Virus record (IMG/VR): IMGVR_UViG_2563366806_000003
Origin: a virus
Lineage: Duplodnaviria; Heunggongvirae; Uroviricota; Caudoviricetes
Strand: one strand, 5' to 3'
Length of the DNA: 43,220 nucleotides
The notes beneath the pieces are model-generated. The model did no database searches. It saw nothing but the letters and a program-made list of their open reading frames with translations, and was not told the origin of the DNA. Position numbers and translations under genes: made by a program. Of this stretch, positions 37,267 through 43,220 are shown one piece after another. How positions within the stretch are numbered: position 1 is the stretch's first letter; each line of letters starts with the position of its first letter.

Positions 37267-37868
37267 TGAATAAAGCCGTATTAAATAACGAACTCATTGC
37301 CATAAAAGCGGGAGACATTACCATTTATAATTATGATGGTGAAACGCGGGAATATATTTCCACATCAACTGAATATCTTGCGGTTGGCGTCGGTATACCG
37401 GCATGTTCTTGTTTAGATGCACCAGTTACACATAAAGCTGGTTATGCAATCTGCCGTTCTGCAGATTTTAACTCATGGGAATATGTGCCAGACCATCGCG
37501 GTGAAATCATCTATAGCACCGAAACAGGAGAATCAAAAGAAATCACAGCTCCGGGTGATTACCCTGAAAATACAACCACTATCGCCCCGTTAACGCCATT
37601 CGATAAATGGGATGGTGAGAAATGGGTGACCGATACTGAGGCACAGCATCGCGCCGCAGTAGACGCGGCAGAAGCACAGCGTCAGTCACTGATTGATACT
37701 GCAATGGCTTCCATTAGTCTGATTCAACTGAAATTACAGGCCGGGCGGAAACTGACGCAGGCAGAAACAACCCGGCTTAACGCTGTGCTGGATTACATTG
37801 ACGCGGTGACGGCAACAGATACCAGCACCGCGCCGGATGTCATCTGGCCTGAACTGCCGGAGGAGTAG
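37266..37868 (+). CDS. Tail fibre assembly protein (expressed orientation)
   Basis: ATGA-coupled to the tail fibre gene; C-terminal conserved Tfa motif also present in the inverted paralog. Confidence 0.75.
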   Translation: MNKAVLNNELIAIKAGDITIYNYDGETREYISTSTEYLAVGVGIPACSCLDAPVTHKAGYAICRSADFNSWEYVPDHRGEIIYSTETGESKEITAPGDYPENTTTIAPLTPFDKWDGEKWVTDTEAQHRAAVDAAEAQRQSLIDTAMASISLIQLKLQAGRKLTQAETTRLNAVLDYIDAVTATDTSTAPDVIWPELPEE

Positions 37869-38280
37869 GCCATTCAATATCTGGTGCACTGGAAGTATCG
37901 ACCAGCTCCAGTGCGTCCAGATAATCCAGCCACAAATTATATTGCGCCAGTTCCTCACCTTTCAGACGACCAATAGCCGCTTTACCAACCCATTGTCTAC
38001 TGTTCATATAATCGTTGGCCTGATTAATCAATTGCTGCTTTTTAGTTTCGGCTGATGCAATTTGTTCTTCACGTGTTGGCGGTGGAACATCTGCCCATGC
38101 TGGCATTCCATCGTCTCCGGTAATTCTGTACTTACCGTCAGGCGGCGTATCATGGAAATATTCCCTGAAAATAGCTTCGTCTATATCCACGCCTTTACCT
38201 TCGGGCCATTGGCCTTTTGCAGCGTAAACAGACTGGAGGGCATAAGGGTACGCCAGATTATCAACATACAAATATTTCAT
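37840..38280 (-). CDS. Alternative tail fibre assembly protein (silent orientation)
   Basis: Convergent with the first Tfa; similar C-terminal end (…DTSSAPDIEWPTPP… vs …DTSTAPDVIWPELP…). Confidence 0.7.
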   Translation of the reverse strand: MKYLYVDNLAYPYALQSVYAAKGQWPEGKGVDIDEAIFREYFHDTPPDGKYRITGDDGMPAWADVPPPTREEQIASAETKKQQLINQANDYMNSRQWVGKAAIGRLKGEELAQYNLWLDYLDALELVDTSSAPDIEWPTPPAVQAR

Positions 38281-38282
38281 AA

Positions 38283-38615
38283 TTAACGCCCTTTCGCGTA
38301 GAAGGCTCCACCTTCAAAGCCATAGTTACAATGAGCAACGAAACCTGTTTTCGTCCAGTTAGTTGCGCCCCACATATTCCCACCACCAAAACCGCCGTCA
38401 TATACAATCACTACGTCTGGCTCCTGCGTAAAAGGAATGGTGAAAGTCACATTTGTAGATACCGCCGCGGCGTTATTCGGGAAATTAATTCTTCCCCACT
38501 GTTCAATTGAACCATCAGGCAATTTTTGCCAGCCAGATCCTGATGAATAAGCTGACATATCAGGTATCTGATTTTCCCCTGTTCCCACATTCCGTTTTGC
38601 CGCTTCTCCCAAACC
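38283..38615 (-). CDS. Alternative tail fibre variable C-terminal segment (promoterless until inversion)
   Basis: Begins at the right recombination site with the same N-x-G-L-G-E junction codons as the tail fibre gene. Confidence 0.7.
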   Translation of the reverse strand, partial: GLGEAAKRNVGTGENQIPDMSAYSSGSGWQKLPDGSIEQWGRINFPNNAAAVSTNVTFTIPFTQEPDVVIVYDGGFGGGNMWGATNWTKTGFVAHCNYGFEGGAFYAKGR

Positions 38616-38628
38616 AACGTTTATGAAA
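38602..38628. repeat. Right recombination site of the invertible segment (inverted copy)
   Basis: Reverse complement tttcataaacgttggtttgggagaagc matches the left site. Confidence 0.7.
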
Positions 38629-38683
38629 ATGCAGAAATAGCGCGCAAATGGCATCGTTCCTGTTTTTGTCAGGAGGAGCTATC

Positions 38684-39240
38684 ATGCTTATTGGCTATGT
38701 TCGCGTATCAACAAATGACCAGAACACCGATCTACAACGTAATGCGTTGAACTGTGCAGGATGTGAGCTGATTTTTGAAGACAAGATAAGCGGTACAAAG
38801 TCCGACAGACCAGGACTGAAAAAGCTGCTCAGGACATTATCGGCAGGTGACACGCTGGTGGTCTGGAAACTGGACCGACTGGGGCGCAGTATGCGGCATC
38901 TTGTCGTGCTGGTGGAAGAGTTGCGCGAACGTGGCGTTAATTTTCGCAGCCTGACGGATGCTATTGATACCAGCACACCAATGGGGCGCTTTTTCTTTCA
39001 TGTGATGGGTGCCCTGGCTGAAATGGAGCGAGAGTTTATTGTCGAACGTACTAGGGCGGCTTTGCCGCAGCACGACAAGAAGGGAGGAACGGTGGGCGAA
39101 AGCCAAAGCTGACAGTAGAACAATGGGGGCAGGCTGGCAGGTTGATTGAATCGGGAATATATCAGCAGCAAGTCGCACTGATTTATGATCTGGGTATTTC
39201 AACGGTGTATAAAAAATTCCCTGTAGCAAGTAAACCATAG
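38684..39240 (+). pseudogene. Gin/Pin/Hin-family serine DNA invertase, disrupted by a single-base frameshift
   Basis: MLIGYVRVSTNDQNTDLQ… catalytic domain runs to 39112; the HTH domain (GRKPKLTVEQWGQAGRLIE…VALIYDLGISTVYKKFP) continues in another frame to 39240; join point at agggcggctttgcc (about 39052-39062) consistent with loss of one G. Confidence 0.75.
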
Positions 39241-39266
39241 CCTTACGCCACATTGATGATCGCGGA

Positions 39267-39962
39267 TTATGCACTATTTTTAGGTCTTGTAACCCGAGGT
39301 GGGAGTTGTTTGGTTATATGTTCAAGTGATTTTTTGCCCAAGATAGTTCTTTGGACAAAACTTTCTATAGCTTCTAGCATTTGTTCGAACTCACTTTTAT
39401 TCGGGCTCCAACTGCGATGTGCGGCGGCGTTTCCTGCATCAATTACTGAAGATATAACGCATGCCTCAGTGTCGCCTATGACTCCATCTTGTTTTAATTT
39501 TTCAACTTTTTCACCAAGCGGCAAACCGGGGTGAATTTGTAACAGTTCAGCAGTTCGATCAAAAATCGTCCGTAAACCGATGGACGAAAGAATGAAATGG
39601 TCAGAAGTATATGAAGAATACATTTCATTAAATATTTGAAAGAGCTGACGATCAACTGATTCAAGCTTGGATAACCATATCGGAGCTTGAAATGTTTCAG
39701 CGGCAGGATAGGTAGTGATCATATCTATAGGCGTTTCTACAAATTCACCATCACGATATTCGTGGGTAGTATGCTCACTGAAGTGTTCGTTGTGGTGATA
39801 GAAGACAGTATCACAGCCATTGCATTGGAGTAGGTGATGGTAATGGTACCCATAAACTGGATATTGGGAATCCTCCCAGCTAGTGGTTAGCTTCCCATGC
39901 ACAGTGCAGTTACGTAACCCACCGCATGTAGGGCAAAGAGCCTTGAGTATTTCCTTTTTCAT
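39267..39962 (-). CDS. Hypothetical Zn-ribbon protein (231 aa), candidate defence/exclusion cargo; function not recognised
   Basis: AT-rich ORF antisense to the tail operon; N-terminal CPTCGG…C and CNGC cysteine pairs; the rest matches nothing I recognise. Confidence 0.55.
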   Translation of the reverse strand: MKKEILKALCPTCGGLRNCTVHGKLTTSWEDSQYPVYGYHYHHLLQCNGCDTVFYHHNEHFSEHTTHEYRDGEFVETPIDMITTYPAAETFQAPIWLSKLESVDRQLFQIFNEMYSSYTSDHFILSSIGLRTIFDRTAELLQIHPGLPLGEKVEKLKQDGVIGDTEACVISSVIDAGNAAAHRSWSPNKSEFEQMLEAIESFVQRTILGKKSLEHITKQLPPRVTRPKNSA

Positions 39963-40029
39963 AAAGTCTCTGATTCTATATGTAGGTTAAGACCACTATT
40001 AGCTATACGGACCTAATAATCAATCGTGT

Positions 40030-40056
40030 GCAGATACAAAAAAGCCCGTATAGCGG
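40030..40056 (-). terminator. Intrinsic terminator between the dinI-like gene and the 231-aa gene
   Basis: cccgctatacggg hairpin followed by a T-run on the minus strand. Confidence 0.45.
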
Positions 40057-40310
40057 GATTTCATGTCACTAAGGGCCGCGGCTACTTTGCGTATCTTTTT
40101 TGTCTTCTCACCGTCTGGCCGGTATTTTGCTGAGACTGCTTATTTCCAGTTTTTACTAGTGCTGTACTGGTACTGCCCAATCATGATTGGTGGGGGACGG
40201 AGTTGAGACCGCAGCCACGTCGTATGCAAGAACGCGCTGCGGTTGGCTGGTGAACTTTCGATAGTGCGAGTATTGAATGATTTCCAGCCGTTACAGATTT
40301 TACGTGTTTA

Positions 40311-40559
40311 TTAGTGAACAAACCACTCGTCAGCAGATTCCCAGGTATCTTTCAGAGTCTCCTGAACAAAAGTTTTTGCAGAATCCTTATCTGCGGTGCG
40401 TGTAACAGAAAGGCCATCATTGCTGGTGGCTTTTACTAACACCTCAACATCGTCATAACGCTTACTGATGCGTCGGGTTAATTCTTCCTTTAACGCATCC
40501 ACAGCACCGGTTGGCATTTTAGTCATTTTTTCTTTGGCTATGCAGATTTCAATACGCAT
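40311..40559 (-). CDS. dinI: DinI-family protein
   Basis: MRIEICIAK…, and C-terminal …[15 protein letters not shown]… match host DinI; two LexA boxes immediately upstream. Confidence 0.85.
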   Translation of the reverse strand: MRIEICIAKEKMTKMPTGAVDALKEELTRRISKRYDDVEVLVKATSNDGLSVTRTADKDSAKTFVQETLKDTWESADEWFVH

Positions 40560-40572
40560 AAAAGTCCCTCCA

Positions 40573-40620
40573 TACTGTGTTTGTATACAGCATTATTTTT
40601 AACTGTATGGATAAACAGTG
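40573..40620. promoter_or_regulatory. Two tandem LexA (SOS) boxes upstream of the dinI-like gene
   Basis: tACTGTgtttgtatACAGca (40573-40592) and aaCTGTatggataaACAGtg (40601-40620), both CTGT-N8-ACAG. Confidence 0.7.
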
Positions 40621-41718
40621 TCAAGAGGTCTTATTTCTGCTCCTTTGGAGCTCTTCAAAACGATTATGTAAAGATTTCGGATACAGTTCGGTATATACCT
40701 GCCATAGCACGTTTAATGAACGATGCCCTGTAACTTGGGCGACTTCCTCAATACTAAAACCAGCCTCAAATAAGCGACTTGCCCCTTCTCTACGCAAATC
40801 ATGGTATCGCAGATCCTTAATACCTAATTTGCTTCTTACTCTCTGAAATCCCGCAGTAACAGAAGTGCTGTTATATGGAAAAATGAATTCCGATTTTTGG
40901 GGCTGTCGTTGGACGATATCCCAGGCTTCCCCAAGCAAGGCTACTTTCATGTGGTTGCCTTCCTTTTTGCGTGGATCTTTCCTGTCTCTTACGAGTATAG
41001 ATTTTTGTTCCTGGTCGAGATCTTCCCATCGTAACCGGCATACTTCTCCGATTCGCATACAGGACCATACAGAAAATTTGAGGATATCAACGAACGGAAT
41101 TTTTGAGCATTTATGAGTAGATCGTTGTTGAAGGCCTGCAATGAGCATGTCCAGTTCATCAGATGCTGGTCTACGATTACGACGGTTTGATTTACCAATC
41201 AAACCAAGTTTAAGTAGATATGGGCGAGCGCTTTTCGCCGGGTTTGATGTGTAATTAATTCCGTATACAGGTTTGGCCGCATCCAGAACACTGCCAAGAT
41301 AACTAACATCGTGGCTGACTGTTGCAGGACCTGCACCAGCGTTGTTTCTTAGCCTGCAATGTTCAATTACGTCATTTTCTGTCAGTTCAGATAGTTTGAT
41401 CGCGGAGATGTCACTATCCATAAGCAGTTCCAGCACATATCTTTTAGTACGGCCTGCTTTACCTCCGGCATTTGGGTCATTTAAATATTTGTGTAGTAAG
41501 TCACGGACTGTAAGTCCGTCAACTGCATTTGATGATGGAATACCATATAGATCTAATTCCATCACTTTCTGTGTGCCCCATGTTTTGGCATGAGCATGTT
41601 TAGGGAATGTTTTGCTTTCCCTGTAAGTGATAACACCTTTTTCTTTGATAATCACATTACAGCGATAGCGTGGTGTGCCATCGGATTTTAGTCGTTTCTC
41701 TATGTTATAGTACGCCAT
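40621..41718 (-). CDS. int: Tyrosine integrase (dusA-specific type)
   Basis: 365 aa with C-terminal catalytic region (…HDLRREGASRLFEAG…VTGHRSLNVLWQVY…); adjacent and divergent to dusA. Confidence 0.9.
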   Translation of the reverse strand: MAYYNIEKRLKSDGTPRYRCNVIIKEKGVITYRESKTFPKHAHAKTWGTQKVMELDLYGIPSSNAVDGLTVRDLLHKYLNDPNAGGKAGRTKRYVLELLMDSDISAIKLSELTENDVIEHCRLRNNAGAGPATVSHDVSYLGSVLDAAKPVYGINYTSNPAKSARPYLLKLGLIGKSNRRNRRPASDELDMLIAGLQQRSTHKCSKIPFVDILKFSVWSCMRIGEVCRLRWEDLDQEQKSILVRDRKDPRKKEGNHMKVALLGEAWDIVQRQPQKSEFIFPYNSTSVTAGFQRVRSKLGIKDLRYHDLRREGASRLFEAGFSIEEVAQVTGHRSLNVLWQVYTELYPKSLHNRFEELQRSRNKTS

Positions 41719-41806
41719 TACACGACCTCGTTATTTCGGGTTCCCATAAAACGTGGGAACCTGTGCGGGAACCTAACGCGAGAAAAATAGCCTGAAATGT
41801 TCAAAA

Positions 41807-42844
41807 ATGCACGATAATCATGAAACACAAAAAATTAATCAAACCAGCGTGATGCCTGAAAAAACTGGTGTTTACTGGAATTCTCGGTTTAGCATTGCTC
41901 CTATGCTCGACTGGACGGACAGACATTGCCGCTATTTCTTGCGTCTGCTTTCCCGCAATACGTTGCTGTATACTGAAATGGTAACTACAGGGGCGATTAT
42001 TCACGGTAAAGGTGATTACCTGGCGTATAGTGAAGAAGAACATCCGGTAGCGTTGCAACTCGGCGGTAGCGATCCGGCGGCGCTGGCGCAGTGTGCGAAG
42101 CTGGCAGAAGCGCGTGGATATGATGAGATCAACCTGAATGTCGGCTGCCCGTCTGACCGGGTGCAGAACGGCATGTTTGGTGCGTGTCTGATGGGTAATG
42201 CGCAGCTGGTTGCCGACTGCGTGAAAGCGATGCGCGATGTGGTGTCGATTCCGGTGACGGTGAAAACGCGTATTGGCATCGACGACCAGGACAGCTATGA
42301 ATTTCTCTGCGATTTCATCAACACCGTTTCCGGCAAAGGCGAGTGTGAGATGTTCATCATCCATGCACGTAAAGCCTGGCTTTCGGGGTTAAGTCCGAAA
42401 GAAAACCGTGAGATCCCGCCGCTCGATTATCCGCGTGTGTATCAACTGAAGCGTGACTTTCCGCATCTGACAATGTCGATTAACGGTGGTATCAAGTCGC
42501 TGGAAGAGGCCAAAGCACACCTGCAACATATGGATGGCGTGATGGTCGGGCGCGAGGCGTATCAGAATCCGGGTATTCTGGCGGCGGTAGACCGGGAGAT
42601 CTTTGGTTCCTCGGATATCGATGCCGATCCGGTGGCGGTAGTGCGCGCCATGTATCCGTACATTGAGCGTGAACTCAGCCAGGGGACGTATCTCGGTCAT
42701 ATTACCCGGCATATGTTGGGCTTGTTCCAGGGTATTCCTGGCGCGCGGCAGTGGCGGCGTTATTTAAGTGAAAACGCCCATAAAGCGGGTGCAGACATTA
42801 ATGTGCTGGAACACGCGCTCAAACTGGTGGCGGATAAGCGTTAA
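41807..42844 (+). CDS. dusA: tRNA-dihydrouridine(20/20a) synthase DusA; first ~32 codons supplied by the prophage
   Basis: 345 aa Dus-family protein; N-terminus [35 protein letters not shown] differs from the displaced native N-terminus at 1071-1175. Confidence 0.9.
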   Translation: MHDNHETQKINQTSVMPEKTGVYWNSRFSIAPMLDWTDRHCRYFLRLLSRNTLLYTEMVTTGAIIHGKGDYLAYSEEEHPVALQLGGSDPAALAQCAKLAEARGYDEINLNVGCPSDRVQNGMFGACLMGNAQLVADCVKAMRDVVSIPVTVKTRIGIDDQDSYEFLCDFINTVSGKGECEMFIIHARKAWLSGLSPKENREIPPLDYPRVYQLKRDFPHLTMSINGGIKSLEEAKAHLQHMDGVMVGREAYQNPGILAAVDREIFGSSDIDADPVAVVRAMYPYIERELSQGTYLGHITRHMLGLFQGIPGARQWRRYLSENAHKAGADINVLEHALKLVADKR

Positions 42845-42977
42845 CTTTTCACCAAAAAATAGTCAAATTCACCACGCCCTGCGCACCGTCGCGGGGCGTT
42901 TTGCTGTTAAATCAATAGATTATTTTTGGCATGATTCTTGTAATGCCAGCAAGAGATTTCATATTTGGGAGTGCATC

Positions 42978-43220
42978 ATGCTGGAACTACTTTTTGTGAT
43001 TGGCTTTTTTGTCATGCTGATGGTCACCGGCGTTTCGTTGCTGGGCATTATCGCCGCGCTGGTTGTGGCGACGGCCATTATGTTCCTCGGCGGTATGCTG
43101 GCATTGATGATTAAGTTGCTGCCGTGGTTACTACTGGCGATTGCGGTGGTGTGGGTTATTAAGGCGATTAAAGCACCAAAAGTGCCGAAATATCAGCGTT
43201 ATGACCGCTGGCGTTACTAA
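42978..43220 (+). CDS. pspG: Phage shock protein G
   Basis: 80-aa hydrophobic protein MLELLFVIGFFVMLMVTGVS… directly downstream of dusA as in E. coli; GGGAG RBS; the track ORF's upstream extension is not credible. Confidence 0.8.
   Translation: MLELLFVIGFFVMLMVTGVSLLGIIAALVVATAIMFLGGMLALMIKLLPWLLLAIAVVWVIKAIKAPKVPKYQRYDRWRY

Larger units (their letters stand above)
1175..41902. mobile_element. dusA-integrated temperate prophage (~40.7 kb), lambdoid early region + HK97-like head + Mu-like contractile tail
   Basis: Bounded by duplicated dusA 5' sequences (shared atgctcga at 1167-1174 and 41903-41910); integrase next to dusA; complete repressor, replication, lysis, head and tail modules in between. 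Confidence 0.85.

Noticed and set aside
38616-38654. N-terminal 13 codons (MPFARYFCIFINV) of the alternative tail-fibre segment ORF
   Set aside because: Lies outside the invertible segment in the invertase promoter region; the segment is expressed only as a fusion after inversion, so this ATG is probably not used.
42768-42977. Upstream 70-codon extension of the pspG ORF
   Set aside because: Overlaps the dusA 3' end and terminator region; pspG is an 80-aa protein and the ATG at 42978 has a GGGAG RBS.
1-43220. CRISPR arrays, rRNA genes, IS elements and transposase genes
   Set aside because: No regularly spaced short direct repeats, no rRNA-like conserved segments and no transposase-like ORFs with terminal inverted repeats were seen; the only mobile element is the prophage.

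Overview
The window is an Escherichia coli-type chromosomal segment (yjbM-like gene, dusA, pspG) carrying a complete ~40.7 kb temperate prophage inserted into the 5' end of dusA (about 1175-41902). The insertion is marked by a displaced native dusA 5' fragment at the left end (1071-1193) and a phage-supplied replacement dusA 5' end next to a tyrosine integrase at the right end. The prophage is a mosaic: a lambdoid/e14-like early region (S24-type repressor, Cro, iteron-containing replication initiator, RusA, Q antiterminator with a late promoter and terminator), a lambda-like lysis cassette (holin, R, Rz/Rz1), an HK97-type head module and a Mu-like contractile tail module ending in a G-segment-like invertible tail-fibre region. 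The most interesting items are cargo and regulatory features: a frameshifted Gin/Pin-type invertase beside the invertible segment, an AT-rich Zn-ribbon protein of unknown function between invertase and integrase (candidate defence gene), an AT-rich two-gene cargo module at attL, a LexA DNA-binding-domain-only protein together with a dinI-like gene preceded by two SOS boxes, a PH-domain-like moron inside the tail operon, and a GC-rich highly structured ~400 bp non-coding region in the early-left operon. No rRNA, tRNA, CRISPR array or IS element was recognised. All calls come from reading the sequence and the ORF translations and from recalled family signatures; no database search was run, and coordinates of non-coding features are approximate to a few bases.
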